A DNA stretch of 64,000 nt from Gammaproteobacteria bacterium (lineage in GTDB: Bacteria; Pseudomonadota; Gammaproteobacteria; CBDBNL01; JAAOII01). The position numbers and the translations under genes were made by a program. Shown in pieces: positions 1-10,778 of the stretch. Under the pieces are notes generated by a model. The model had not been told where the DNA came from. It did not search any database and worked only from the letters and a program-made list of their open reading frames with translations. Numbering within the stretch: the stretch's first letter is position 1; each line of letters starts with the position of its first letter. The stretch lies in NCBI GenBank assembly GCA_965209035.1, contig OZ242372.1, forward strand, positions 480,001 to 544,000. The letters run 5' to 3'.

Positions 1-96
1 ATAGCATTGCTTCCAAGCTCCCGCCGGCTATTTTTCCGGTAAACAAACCCAAAGGCATTTAATTAACGAATAACAAACAACGACAATAATCACAAA

Positions 97-873
97 TTAT
101 GACAGATGCTGACCGGAGTCTATGTAAAGCACCTGTCCTGTCACAGTCTTGGCATCTAACAGGTAACCCAGGCCCGCCGCCAAACTCTCCGGCGGGCTCG
201 GTATTCTCAACGGAGAACCGCGAACCACCGCATCAAAGTCGGCGGCGGACGCACCGGGTGCCGGCAATGCCGGTCCCGGTGCCAACGCATTCACGCGAAT
301 TGCCGGTGCCAGACTTCGGGCGGTGATGCGTGTCAAATGATGCAGGGCCTGTTTCCCGAGCGTGTAAACACAATAATTCTTGGCAACCTTACCGGGTGCG
401 ATGCGCGTATCCAAAATGTTGACGATCAAAGCATCCGTTCTCTCTTTTCGGTCATTCTGTTCGCTCTCGCCAAGAACTTGTTTTGCAAACGCCTGTGACA
501 AAAAGAACGGCGTGCGGAAATTGACTGTCATATCGTAGTCAAACTGCTCTTCGGTTGTGTGCATAAAATCCTGCGGATTAAAAACCGATACATTGTTGAT
601 CAAAACATCCGCGGACCCCATAGACCGAACAACCCGCGGGATTAAGTCCGCGACTTCCGCCGCGGAAGACAAATCAGCCCGAAAACATTCGGAGTTCGGC
701 GAGTATTTTTTTAATTCGGCGAGGGTCCTCTCCGCCATTTCCGCGCTGCGATGATAATGCAACGCAACGGCATAACCGCGTTTTGCCAAACACATAGCAA
801 GGCTGCGACCAATTCTCTTAACCGCCCCCGTCACCAAAGCAACCTTCATAAAGATAATTATAGGAAACCCCAA
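97..873 (-). CDS. SDR-family oxidoreductase, pteridine reductase/FolM-like (start probably MKVALVTG at 849)
   Basis: ALVTGAVKRIG cofactor motif typical of pteridine reductases, YxxxK (YTLGK), C-terminal VTGQVLYIDSG. Confidence 0.8.
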   Translation of the reverse strand: MGFPIIIFMKVALVTGAVKRIGRSLAMCLAKRGYAVALHYHRSAEMAERTLAELKKYSPNSECFRADLSSAAEVADLIPRVVRSMGSADVLINNVSVFNPQDFMHTTEEQFDYDMTVNFRTPFFLSQAFAKQVLGESEQNDRKERTDALIVNILDTRIAPGKVAKNYCVYTLGKQALHHLTRITARSLAPAIRVNALAPGPALPAPGASAADFDAVVRGSPLRIPSPPESLAAGLGYLLDAKTVTGQVLYIDSGQHLS

Positions 874-989
874 AATACCGCCTCCCCAAATACCGCCTCA
901 TTGCCCGACTCGGAGATTATTAATGCACGGAGATGCATTAATATAATCAATAATAAAAACGATTCATACCGCCGACTGCGGCAAGAACG

Positions 990-2372
990 CTAAAAGGTAA
1001 CCAGTTCCTCCGCCAAAGTCGGGTGAATCGCGATGGTCTTGTTTAAATCTTCGAGACGCATTCCCTTGCCAAAAACAACGGCAAATCCTTGCATGATCTC
1101 AGAAACATGCTCACCCGCCAAATGAATACCCAAAACGGTATGGTCTTTTTTATGATACACAATCTTAATGAAAGATCGCACCGGATTGGCTGCCAGGCTG
1201 TATCTGAGCGAAGTGATATTCTTCATCAGACTGCCCACATTCTCCGTGCCATGCTGACTCTCCGCCTGTTCCGCGCTCAAGCCCAGAGTGGCAACTTCCG
1301 GCTTGCAAAAAACGGCACTTGCCGTTTCGGTGCGGATGTACCCGGCGGAGACCTTCTCTTTGCCAAACCTTTGCCGGACAAAGATTTCCGCTTCGGCAAT
1401 TGCAACAGGCGTCAGGCTTAAGTTATCCGTAACATCCCCCAAAGCAAAAATATTGGGGACGGATGTTTGAAAATTAGTATGCACCCGAATGGCACCCGAA
1501 TCGGTGAGAGCAATACCCGCTTTCTCGAGTCTCAGGCTCGCCGTATTGGGAATGCGTCCTATGGCGAACAAAACACTGTCCGCGCAGATACTCCGCTCTG
1601 TGTTTGTGTTCCCCGCGCTCGTCTCCGCTTCCGCCCCCGTCTGTTGAGAGATTTGGACTTTAACGCCCCGCTCCCCATTCCGACTCACCGAAAGGACATT
1701 TGTATTCGGCAACCGGTGAATTTTTTGCGGCATCTGCTCTGCCACAAACAGAGACAATTCCGCGTCGAACTCGGTTAGGAGTCGTTCGGCACGATAAACC
1801 AAAAAGACCTCGATTCCCAATGCGGAAAGAATACAGGCAAACTCCAATGCAATATAGCCGCCGCCAACGATGACCATAGAACGCGGCAGCCGCTCCAACC
1901 GAAACATATCATCGGATGTGAGGATAAATTCATGCCCCGGTATTTCGGGAATACGCGGTTTGCCACCCGTGGCAATTAAAACGGTCTTTGCCCGGCACAC
2001 TTTTTTATCCAACAAAACCTCTTTGTCGGAGAGAAATTGGGCTTCGGCTTCCACAGTATGCACGCCGGCATCCGCAAGAACTTTTTTGTAGAGCCCCGCC
2101 AGTTGGCGCGTTTTAGCCGTAATCCTGTCGCGCAAAAGAGACCAATTCGGACGAAGATCCCGGCTTTCCCAACCATAGGAAGATGCGAGTGTCGCATCGC
2201 CAAACTCGGCTGCGATAACAAGAAGTTTTTTTGGCACACAACCCGCATTGACACAGGTCCCTCCCCAGTGCCGCTTTTCGGCAATTGCAACCTTGAAGCC
2301 CTTCTCCGCCGCCTTGCGTGCGGCACGCACGCCGCCTGACCCGCCGCCGATCACCAAAAGATCAAATTGCAT
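990..2372 (-). CDS. gor: Glutathione-disulfide reductase
   Basis: GGGSGG FAD motif, GGTCVNAGCVPKK redox disulfide, GGGYIALEFA, C-terminal IHPTLAEE. Confidence 0.9.
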   Translation of the reverse strand: MQFDLLVIGGGSGGVRAARKAAEKGFKVAIAEKRHWGGTCVNAGCVPKKLLVIAAEFGDATLASSYGWESRDLRPNWSLLRDRITAKTRQLAGLYKKVLADAGVHTVEAEAQFLSDKEVLLDKKVCRAKTVLIATGGKPRIPEIPGHEFILTSDDMFRLERLPRSMVIVGGGYIALEFACILSALGIEVFLVYRAERLLTEFDAELSLFVAEQMPQKIHRLPNTNVLSVSRNGERGVKVQISQQTGAEAETSAGNTNTERSICADSVLFAIGRIPNTASLRLEKAGIALTDSGAIRVHTNFQTSVPNIFALGDVTDNLSLTPVAIAEAEIFVRQRFGKEKVSAGYIRTETASAVFCKPEVATLGLSAEQAESQHGTENVGSLMKNITSLRYSLAANPVRSFIKIVYHKKDHTVLGIHLAGEHVSEIMQGFAVVFGKGMRLEDLNKTIAIHPTLAEELVTF

Positions 2373-2395
2373 CTTCGGTAAGCCGGCGATTCTGC

Positions 2396-3160
2396 TTAGT
2401 GTGCCAGGATTTGATTAAGAAATTCTTTTGTTCTCGAACTTTTCGGGTGATCAAAGAACTCTTGCGGCGGATTGCTCTCCACAATTTCGCCGTTGTCCAT
2501 AAAAACAATACATGAAGCCACTTTTCTGGCAAACCCCATTTCGTGCGTCACGACCACCATCGTCATACCTGCTTCGGCAAGTTCAATCATAATATCCAGA
2601 ACTTCGGAAATCATTTCGGGATCCAACGCGGATGTCGGCTCGTCAAACAACATCACCTTGGGATTCATACAAAGGCTGCGCGCAATTGCCACTCTTTGCT
2701 GCTGACCGCCGGAAAGTTGCCCCGGAAACTTGTTTGCCTGTTCGGAAATTTTGACCTGTTCAAGATATCCCATTGCCACTTCTTCCGCTTCTTTTTTTGC
2801 CATCTTACGTACCCAAATTGGCGCAAGTGTCAGGTTCTGAATAATCGTCAAGTGCGGAAAAAGATTAAAGTGCTGAAACACCATACCAACTTCTCGGCGC
2901 ACCATATCAATTTTTTTAATATCCTCGGTCAATTCCACGCCATTGACTACGATCTTTCCTTTTTGATGTTCTTCCAATTTATTAATGCAACGAATGAGTG
3001 TGGATTTTCCCGAACCGGAAGGACCGCAAATAACGATCTTTTCCCCTTTTTCAACTTGCATGTCTATGTCTTTGAGGACATGAAAATCCCCGTACCACTT
3101 ATTCAGTTTTTCAACCCGAATGATGGCGGCTTCTATTTTTTTCATAGTAAATATTCCCAA
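2396..3160 (-). CDS. aapP: General L-amino acid ABC transporter ATP-binding protein
   Basis: [26 protein letters not shown]; last gene of an aapJQMP-type operon. Confidence 0.9.
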   Translation of the reverse strand: MGIFTMKKIEAAIIRVEKLNKWYGDFHVLKDIDMQVEKGEKIVICGPSGSGKSTLIRCINKLEEHQKGKIVVNGVELTEDIKKIDMVRREVGMVFQHFNLFPHLTIIQNLTLAPIWVRKMAKKEAEEVAMGYLEQVKISEQANKFPGQLSGGQQQRVAIARSLCMNPKVMLFDEPTSALDPEMISEVLDIMIELAEAGMTMVVVTHEMGFARKVASCIVFMDNGEIVESNPPQEFFDHPKSSRTKEFLNQILAH

Positions 3161-3173
3161 TTATTAATTAAAA

Positions 3174-4295
3174 TCATCTCTTCTCGGCCGAGGAAAGCCG
3201 CTTCTCTATGGATTGGCTATACCGTGACATACTGAAACAAAAAATCCAATAAATGAGCGCGGCAAACACAAATGCCTCGATAGAATACTTCAGCCACTCG
3301 GGGTTACGCGTGGCACCATAGGATGTGTGCAAAAGATCCCACATGCCGATAATATATACCAAAGAAGTATCTTTGAACAGGGCAATCAATGTGTTCACTA
3401 TTCCCGGAATCACCAATTTCAATGCCTGTGGCAATATGATAAAGGTCACCTTCTTCCAATAGGTCAAACCCAAGGCATCCGCCGCCTCATACTGCCCTCT
3501 GGGTATGGCCTGAAGACCACCGCGGATAACCTCCGCCATATAAGCGGATTGAAACAGCGTGATCCCGATGAGGGCCCGCGAAAGTTTGTCATATTGTGTT
3601 CCTTCCGGGAAAAACAGGGGTAACATCACAGACGCCATAAAAAGAACCGTAATCAAAGGGACGCCGCGCCAAAACTCAATAAACATCACACAGACCACAC
3701 GAATGAACGGCATATTCTCAGAGCGTCTTCCCAACGCCAAGAAAATTCCAATCGGAATAGAAGCCACCATGCCGACACTGGCAAGAATGATCGTCAGCAT
3801 AAAGCCACCCCATTTGTCGGTCCCAACCACAGGATCAATGAATGCCCAACCAAACAAAGCGCCCTGAATCAGCCCGTAAGCGACAAAAGGATAAATGATC
3901 AGCAAAATACCGCCAATCATCAGCCGACCGCGCATCGAAATTTGCTTCACAAACAACAATGCCAACAGCAACACCCCAATAAGACCCGCCACATTAGGAC
4001 GCCATAATTGATCTTGCGGATAAAACCCGTAAGCAATAAAATTAAAAGTCTCCTTAACGAACACCCAGCATGCCCCGCTCTTAACGCAATCGTCTCCGCT
4101 GTCGCCAAACCAGTTCGCATTGATGAATGCCCAAGAAGCAATGCCCGATACGCTGATATAGATTAACCAAACCGCGAAGACCGTCATCAAAATATTTGCC
4201 GGGCCGGACAAGAGGTTGCGATACACCCAACCCACGGGACCGGTATCCCCCTGCAATCTGACACGCAGAATTTTCAAATTTTCACGCTTAATCAT
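3174..4295 (-). CDS. aapM: General L-amino acid ABC transporter permease
   Basis: GACW, RGVPLITVLFM, AEVIRGGLQAIPRGQYEAA (EAA motif). Confidence 0.88.
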   Translation of the reverse strand: MIKRENLKILRVRLQGDTGPVGWVYRNLLSGPANILMTVFAVWLIYISVSGIASWAFINANWFGDSGDDCVKSGACWVFVKETFNFIAYGFYPQDQLWRPNVAGLIGVLLLALLFVKQISMRGRLMIGGILLIIYPFVAYGLIQGALFGWAFIDPVVGTDKWGGFMLTIILASVGMVASIPIGIFLALGRRSENMPFIRVVCVMFIEFWRGVPLITVLFMASVMLPLFFPEGTQYDKLSRALIGITLFQSAYMAEVIRGGLQAIPRGQYEAADALGLTYWKKVTFIILPQALKLVIPGIVNTLIALFKDTSLVYIIGMWDLLHTSYGATRNPEWLKYSIEAFVFAALIYWIFCFSMSRYSQSIEKRLSSAEKR

Positions 4296-4363
4296 TGAGT
4301 CTTTATTAATTATTTAATAATTGTATCTTTTTAATAAAATATCTTTTATATTCTTGATGGTCG

Positions 4364-5545
4364 TTATCTTTCAACCAAGGCAATCCGCTTGTTATACCAA
4401 TTCATCAATGCCGATGTCAACAAACTAAGAAACAAGTAAACCAACATCGTCATCAAAATAATTTCCACCGCCTTGCCGGTTTGATTGAGTGCGGTACCGG
4501 CAAAAACCGACACCAGATCCGGATATCCGATTGCGGTGGCCAAAGAAGAGTTCTTGGTTAAATTTAAATACTGGCTGGTCTGCGGCGGAATGATGACACG
4601 CAATGCCTGCGGTATGATCACCAACCTTAAAGTCTGCCAACGATTCAAACCCAAAGAAAGAGATGCCTCTGTTTGCCCGTGGGAAACCGCCAAAACACCT
4701 CCTCGCACATTCTCGGCAATAAAAGCACCCGTATAAACGGACAAGGCAAACAAAAGAGCCGCCAACTCCGGGATGATGGCAATGCCGCCGGTATAACCAA
4801 AAGTTCCCGGTGTCGGAAATTCATAGGTTACCGGCGAGCCAAATAGCCAATAAACTAAAAACGGAAGAATAATGCAGAGAGACAAAGTTGGCAAAAAAAG
4901 CGGCAATTGTTTGCCGGTCTTTGCCTGTTTGATGCGAGCGTATCGGGAATAGCCATAAGATAAAAAACAGCCAATCAAAAAAGTGACGACCACATAAATA
5001 AAATCGGGCGCATACAGGGGTTTTGGAAAAAACAACCCTTTTTTATTGAGGATCAATCCGCCGCCAACCCCCACGATACTCTCCTTAAAATCCGGTAAAA
5101 AAGGAACCAGAATAGCAAAATACCAAAACATGATTTGCAACAACAGCGGTATATTGCGAAATATTTCTACGTATGCGGCTGCCAAGCGGGCAACCAACCA
5201 ATTTGGCGAAAGACGAGCCAGACCTATGATAAAACCGATAATTGTTGCAAAAATAATTCCCAGCACAGCCACCAAAATCGTATTCAAAAGACCTATGTAA
5301 AAAGTCCAGAGATACGAATCCGCCGACGAATTGTAGTCCAAGAAAGGACTCATTAAAATAGGAAATCCCGCCTCGGAGGTGAGGAAAGAAAAACCGGTCT
5401 GAATTCCTCGCTTCTCCATGTTGTAAAGAGTGTTGTCGAATATAGACCAACACAGAAAAATAAGAGCCCCTACCAGAAGAATCTGATACACTATGGAACG
5501 CACGCGCGGGTTCCGATAAAGAGCAAGCAGTTTGGAGAAAAACAC
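4364..5545 (-). CDS. aapQ: General L-amino acid ABC transporter permease
   Basis: GLLNT, RNIPLLLQ, AENVRGG...GQTEA, QYLNLTKNSSLA. Confidence 0.88.
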   Translation of the reverse strand: MFFSKLLALYRNPRVRSIVYQILLVGALIFLCWSIFDNTLYNMEKRGIQTGFSFLTSEAGFPILMSPFLDYNSSADSYLWTFYIGLLNTILVAVLGIIFATIIGFIIGLARLSPNWLVARLAAAYVEIFRNIPLLLQIMFWYFAILVPFLPDFKESIVGVGGGLILNKKGLFFPKPLYAPDFIYVVVTFLIGCFLSYGYSRYARIKQAKTGKQLPLFLPTLSLCIILPFLVYWLFGSPVTYEFPTPGTFGYTGGIAIIPELAALLFALSVYTGAFIAENVRGGVLAVSHGQTEASLSLGLNRWQTLRLVIIPQALRVIIPPQTSQYLNLTKNSSLATAIGYPDLVSVFAGTALNQTGKAVEIILMTMLVYLFLSLLTSALMNWYNKRIALVER

Positions 5546-5581
5546 GTTCTTAATTTTTATACGCGAATTTTAATAGAAAGC

Positions 5582-5616
5582 AAAAAAGGCGGGAGCCCGT
5601 ACGGACTCCCCGCCTT
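5582..5616 (-). terminator. Intrinsic terminator or stabilising hairpin between aapJ and aapQ
   Basis: aaggcgggag...ctccccgcctt stem followed by a T-run on the minus strand, ~20 nt after the aapJ stop. Confidence 0.7.
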
Positions 5617-5635
5617 ATTGCAGTGAACGATTGTC

Positions 5636-6700
5636 TTATCGGATCGGCGGCGCGTACATAATACCGCCTTTTGACCAAAGTTGATTGACGCCGCGCGGAA
5701 GATTCAACAAGGAATCTTTGCCCACATTGCGATCAAACAGTTCGCCGTAATTGCCGACCTGCTTAACAATGTTGTAGGCCCAATCGGCACCCAGGTTCAA
5801 AGCTTTACCGGTTTCCCCTTCCGTGCCAAGAAGGCGACGGATATTGGGATTGTCCGTTCCGCTTTTCATCTGATCCACATTGGAAGAGGTGACATCATAC
5901 TCTTCGGCATTAACCAAAGCGTTCATGGTCCATTTCACAATATTGAACCATTCGTCGTCACCCTGACGGACAACAGGCCCCAGAGGCTCTTTGGAAATGA
6001 CTTCCGGCAAGACCACGGCACCATCCGGATCCGCCAACTGAATGCGTATGGCAGCCAGTTGCGATTGATCGCTGGTAAGAACATCACAACGACCCGTATC
6101 AAAACCTTCTTTGGTTTGAACCGAAGTATCGTAAGTAATGGATTCGTAAGACATTCCGTTAATGCGAAAATAATCCGCCAAGTTAAGTTCGGTTGTTGTG
6201 CCGGCCTGGATACAAACCGAGGCACCGTCAAGAGCAAGGGCATTTGTAACACCCAGATCTCTCTTAACCAAAAAGCCTTGGCCGTCGTAATAGTTAACGC
6301 CGGCAAAGTTAAGTCCCAACGTAGCGTCACGCGTGATTGTCCAGGTTGTATTGCGCACCAGAACATCTACCTCACCCGAGGCAAGAGCGGTAAAACGCTC
6401 TTTTGCTGTCAGAGCCACGAACCGAACCTTATTGGCATCACCGAGTACCGACGCGGCAATCGCCCGACAGGTATCCGCGTCCAGTCCGGCCATTCTGCCG
6501 TTGGCATCGGGTGCGGAAAATCCCGGCAAGCCGCCGTCGATACCGCATATTAACATCCCGCGTGCCTTAACGACATCCAGGGTAGATTGAGCGGCCGGTT
6601 CGGCCGCGTCTTCTTGAGCGGCCTGTTTGGGCGCACAGCCCAAAACAACGACACTCGCAAGTATTGCAAGTAATAACCCTTGCATTTGTTTTATGTTCAT
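5636..6700 (-). CDS. aapJ: General L-amino acid ABC transporter substrate-binding protein (lipoprotein signal)
   Basis: RNTTWT, YYDGQGF, SDQSQL, EVISKEPLGP, GNYGE, YAPPIR; lipobox VLGC. Confidence 0.9.
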   Translation of the reverse strand: MNIKQMQGLLLAILASVVVLGCAPKQAAQEDAAEPAAQSTLDVVKARGMLICGIDGGLPGFSAPDANGRMAGLDADTCRAIAASVLGDANKVRFVALTAKERFTALASGEVDVLVRNTTWTITRDATLGLNFAGVNYYDGQGFLVKRDLGVTNALALDGASVCIQAGTTTELNLADYFRINGMSYESITYDTSVQTKEGFDTGRCDVLTSDQSQLAAIRIQLADPDGAVVLPEVISKEPLGPVVRQGDDEWFNIVKWTMNALVNAEEYDVTSSNVDQMKSGTDNPNIRRLLGTEGETGKALNLGADWAYNIVKQVGNYGELFDRNVGKDSLLNLPRGVNQLWSKGGIMYAPPIR

Positions 6701-7180
6701 AATTTTCTTGTCCTTTAGTAAAAAGTAAAATAATATAAATTTCTATGTATTGTAAGACGCTTAATTAAGAAATGATTGCCAAAATGCATCATTCGTATCC
6801 GTTTTGTACTTTTCTCTTTATTATCCGAATAGGACCCACTATTGGAAATCCGGCCGATTTTCCCAAGTCCGCGGTGCGTTTTTGCAGCGCGGTGTCAGCG
6901 GTTTTTGCACCAATTACCCCAAAAGGTTCGCAACCGCCATCCGCACTATTAAAGCGGGTATGTGCCAAGTAAAGCCGGTATGTGCCAAGCCAAAATTAAG
7001 GACACATTATTAAAGACCCATTAAAAACCCAAGTCCGCGGTGTGTTTTCAGTTCGGCTTGCCATATAATATGTTTTATGTTAGCGAAGTTAAGGATTGGC
7101 AGCTCTTGTTTCCCGCCCGGTTAAACGGACCTATCATTTAATTATTATTTTTTAAACGAAAACATTTACAACAACATTTA

Positions 7181-9454
7181 ATGATGCATTCTATTTTTTC
7201 TCACCGGCAGGAAGGTGCTTCCCGGAAGCATCATCTTATGCCGATAGCCTACGGGCATTCATTCACTCCGGCCGGACATTTCTTTGCGGCTCTGCCCTTG
7301 TTATTCCTATTCCTATTCCTTCCCGCATGCGGCGGAACATCCGGCGGCGGTGGCGGCCCCCAGCCGCCCGGTGTTCCGGGTGTGATCGGACTGACGGTTA
7401 TTCCCGACTCGGAAAGTTTGCAGGTCAGTTGGACCAATCCGAATATAGATAGCATCACGGGGTTTGACATTACTTGGCAACGGACGCACGATGCAGATGG
7501 TGATGCGGTGACAGAGGCCGCGTCTTTTAATAAGAAGAATACCCAAACCGAGGCGGGTGTCAATGCCTCTTATCGGATTCGAGATGTACTTGACAATCAT
7601 GTCTATACGATCTCTGTGACGGTGTTGACTGTCAATGGAAGTTCCGCCGCAAGGAGTCTGCCCGATCGTGTGCCGGGTCCCAACATGGACAACGACCAAC
7701 TGGCGGACCATCTGGATAATTGCCCGACGCTGGCAAATTCCGACCAAGCGAACGAAGACAATGACAGCTTGGGAGATGTCTGTGAGGATGCGGACGATGA
7801 TAAAATTTTCGATGGGATAGACAACTGCCCGGCAGATTTCAATCCGCAGCAGGAGAATGTGAACAACGACGGTGAAGGGGATGCCTGCGAAACCGATGCG
7901 GCCCAACGGCCGGCAACAGGGGGTGTGATGGATCCAATAGTCATACCGGGCGAAGAGAGTTTGTCCCTTGCTTGGACGAACCCGGCCGGTTTTATTACCG
8001 CCTTTAATATCGGCTGGGTTAATGCGGACGATCCGGGCGATACCGGCATGGACAGCATAGATACGTTTTCTGAACAGACGAATACCAATTCCGAGACGAG
8101 TTCAAGTTTTGCCATATCGCCTCTTACGAATAACACCAATTACAACATCACCATTACCTTGATGGCGGATGCCGACAACTCATATTCCACAGAAGTCCTT
8201 GAGGCGACGACCGGGGTGAACGGGGACGGTGACACAATATTGGCTGCCGATGACAACTGCCCGACAATAGCGAACTCCGACCAATCTAATCAGGACACAG
8301 ACTCGGCGGGTGATGCCTGTGATGTCGATGACGATAACGATGGCTTGATAGAAATTCGCACGGCGGCCGAACTGGACAACATCCGCCATAATCTGGCAGG
8401 CACGGGCTACACACAGGATGACGGCGAAGAGACGAACTCCGCAGGCTGTCCCGTCGACTCGTGCCACGGCTATGAACTCACGGCGAATATCTCGCTGGCT
8501 GGGATGCATTGGATTCCTGTCGGGGGCGATGCGAATGATGAACGCTTCACGGCAGACTTTGACGGTAACGGGAATGTGATCTCTAATGTGACCATAACAA
8601 GCGCAGGGGGTGTTCTGGGGAGTCGCACTTATATCGGGTTCTTTGCGAGAATGAACGGGGCAACCATCAAGAACCTTGGTATGATGATAGAAAGGCTAGT
8701 CGTGGAAGGTGATGCAGTTTTTGTTGGTGGCCTGAGTGGCCATATGGAAAATACTGAAGTTATGAATTCTTATGTTATTTTTTCGGATGTTCTTTCTATT
8801 AAAAATGCTGCATCAGGTCCCCTTGTTGGTGGTTTGAGCGGCACAATGAATGGCAATCTCACAGTGGAAAGAGTTTATACAGTCCTCCCAAATAATCTTT
8901 CTATCACGAAAGCTCCAGGCCTAATCCCTTTTGTTCTGCAGATAGGAGGTATATTTGGAGGTATTAGTCTTGTTGCTGTTCCTATGCCATATCCGATATC
9001 GATTAATAATTCTTATGTCATTTACCGGGATGCTCCTATGTTTTCAACAACGGGTACTTTGCGTGCCTTCCTATACGGTTTTGGGGTACCTCTTGAGCGC
9101 TTGGAAAACTCCTATGTATTTTTTGAAGGCGATTTATCCATTACACAGCCGAAGATAACCTCCAACTTGAATATCTTACCGCCTTCGGCGCGTTCTTCTT
9201 ATTTCAATGCCCGCACAGACACGGGCAACTCAAACTATCGCACCCTGCCGCAACTCCGCTGCCCGACCGGCCCGGACGCAACCTGTGACGGTGCAGATGG
9301 GAGTTTGGAAGGCACCAACACCACCTATGCCGACTGGGATGCGAGTATCTGGGACTTTGGCGATGAAAATACTTTGCCGACCCTGCGGGGCATTCCGCCC
9401 TGCCCGGCGGGCTATCCTTACGATGAGTGTCGTTTCGGCAGGTCCCCCGAATAA
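7181..9454 (+). CDS. Surface lipoprotein: two FN3-like domains, thrombospondin type-3 repeats, GLUG-like beta-helix
   Basis: Lipobox LPAC + Gly linker; SWTNP FN3-like modules; DNCPxxxNxDQxxxDxDxxGDxC repeats; DNDGLIEI..GYEL..FDGNG..VGGL. Confidence 0.75.
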   Translation: MMHSIFSHRQEGASRKHHLMPIAYGHSFTPAGHFFAALPLLFLFLFLPACGGTSGGGGGPQPPGVPGVIGLTVIPDSESLQVSWTNPNIDSITGFDITWQRTHDADGDAVTEAASFNKKNTQTEAGVNASYRIRDVLDNHVYTISVTVLTVNGSSAARSLPDRVPGPNMDNDQLADHLDNCPTLANSDQANEDNDSLGDVCEDADDDKIFDGIDNCPADFNPQQENVNNDGEGDACETDAAQRPATGGVMDPIVIPGEESLSLAWTNPAGFITAFNIGWVNADDPGDTGMDSIDTFSEQTNTNSETSSSFAISPLTNNTNYNITITLMADADNSYSTEVLEATTGVNGDGDTILAADDNCPTIANSDQSNQDTDSAGDACDVDDDNDGLIEIRTAAELDNIRHNLAGTGYTQDDGEETNSAGCPVDSCHGYELTANISLAGMHWIPVGGDANDERFTADFDGNGNVISNVTITSAGGVLGSRTYIGFFARMNGATIKNLGMMIERLVVEGDAVFVGGLSGHMENTEVMNSYVIFSDVLSIKNAASGPLVGGLSGTMNGNLTVERVYTVLPNNLSITKAPGLIPFVLQIGGIFGGISLVAVPMPYPISINNSYVIYRDAPMFSTTGTLRAFLYGFGVPLERLENSYVFFEGDLSITQPKITSNLNILPPSARSSYFNARTDTGNSNYRTLPQLRCPTGPDATCDGADGSLEGTNTTYADWDASIWDFGDENTLPTLRGIPPCPAGYPYDECRFGRSPE

Positions 9455-9581
9455 CCGAATAGCGAATCACTAAACGGCTTCTAAATACGAAATATCGGGA
9501 ATGCCGGGAATATCGCGGCTTGGTCGGTGCATAAAGTTCATCAAGCCATAAAGCCCGTAAAGTAGAGGACAACGATTACGC

Positions 9582-9674
9582 AGACAACCGGACGGGGTTG
9601 GGCTAATATTAAAAAGTCATCACTCATTTATCAAATATAAGCCCTCTTGTTCCCCCGTTCGGTTGTCTTTTTTT
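9582..9674 (+). other. Long imperfect stem-loop with 3' T-run (terminator or small RNA)
   Basis: agacaaccggacgggg (9582-9597) pairs with ccccgttcggttgtct (9653-9668); inner gggct/agccc arms. Confidence 0.5.
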
Positions 9675-9797
9675 AAGATGCCGCTGCGCGGCCGGCGGTG
9701 ATGGTGAGCCGAAATATCCGCCGCTGTGAGTGAGGATGCAAAACTTTCTTTGGTCCCATCTTTGCAAGTCTTCCATGCCCGCAATGCCCGCAAGCAC

Positions 9798-9864
9798 AAA
9801 CAACCCTCGCCAATTTAATTCTTGCAAAAACAACCCTCGCCAATTTAATTCGGACAAAAACAAC
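9798..9864. repeat. 30-bp tandem duplication
   Basis: aaacaaccctcgccaatttaattc repeated with 30-nt period. Confidence 0.85.
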
Positions 9865-9975
9865 AGAGGTCCGGCAATGGGCGAGATGATACGGAATCAT
9901 ACATCCGCCACAAGGTACGTACAAGCAAGTAAGCAAAGCAAGCAAGTTGTCTTAAAATATTGGGTATTGATCCAT

Positions 9976-10485
9976 ATGAACTATCCGGAACCCATAAAAA
10001 AACTAGTTAACGAGATTGCCCAAATAATGAAAAAACACAAGGCACACCTCGTCACTGTGGAATCCTGCACCGGCGGTGGCATCGGTTTTTTTTGCACGCA
10101 AGTTGCCGGCGCATCCCAATGGTATGAACGCGGCCATATCACCTACCAAAACAAGGCAAAACAGGATATCGGTGTCCCCGAACAAGTTTTGCAGCGGCAC
10201 GGCGCGGTTAGCTCGGAATGTGCCCGGGCCATGGCACTTGCCTCACTAAAAGATTTCGGCCCCAACTATTATGCTCTCTCCGTAACCGGTATTGCCGGCC
10301 CCGAAGGCGGCAGTGTCGAAAAGCCGGTCGGCACAGTCTGCTTTGGGTGGGCGGAATCCGCCGCCGGATCCTGTAAAACGGATACGATGCTATTTGAGGG
10401 CGACCGGGAGGCCATTCGCATGCAGTCGATTGTTCACGCATTGCAAGGATTAAAGGCATTTGTCCGGCAGCATCCGGCAATATAA
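9976..10485 (+). CDS. pncC: CinA C-terminal / PncC nicotinamide-nucleotide amidohydrolase
   Basis: ESCTGG, GAVS, SVTGIAGPEGG..KPVGTV; ORF extension from 9730 runs through intergenic repeats and is rejected. Confidence 0.85.
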   Translation: MNYPEPIKKLVNEIAQIMKKHKAHLVTVESCTGGGIGFFCTQVAGASQWYERGHITYQNKAKQDIGVPEQVLQRHGAVSSECARAMALASLKDFGPNYYALSVTGIAGPEGGSVEKPVGTVCFGWAESAAGSCKTDTMLFEGDREAIRMQSIVHALQGLKAFVRQHPAI

Positions 10486-10637
10486 TGCATAATGCCAAAT
10501 TGCCCAAAATAAGCCGTATTTTTTATGCCCTTCCCTGCTTTCTCGGTATATAATTAAAGTCAGTTCCGAATGATTGAAAAAACTGACAGTAATTGTAGAT
10601 GCAAGCAAACAAATCAAAGATAAGATAAAAAAATAAA

Positions 10638-10772
10638 ATGAAAAGAACATTTCAACCGAGTAATATCAAACGCAAGCGCACCCACGGATTTCGGGTGCGG
10701 ATGCGAACGCGCTCCGGGCGTGCCATCCTCAACCGCAGAAGAGCCAAAGGCAGAGTGCGACTCAGTGCTTAA
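10638..10772 (+). CDS. rpmH: 50S ribosomal protein L34 (absent from ORF track)
   Basis: Manual translation [44 protein letters not shown]. Confidence 0.97.
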   Translation: MKRTFQPSNIKRKRTHGFRVRMRTRSGRAILNRRRAKGRVRLSA

Positions 10773-10778
10773 TGCCTC

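Noticed and set aside
2543-6553. Long plus-strand ORFs 2543-3235 and 5681-6553 (also 28440-29666 and 59285-60112)
   Set aside because: Antisense shadows of well-supported genes, without motifs
9730-9975. N-terminal extensions in the ORF track for pncC (also dacB 35659, pgi 41335, mutY 52899)
   Set aside because: They run through repeats, upstream genes or tmRNA; family resemblance starts at the downstream ATG
10486-10637. oriC next to rpmH
   Set aside because: No DnaA boxes seen and no dnaA
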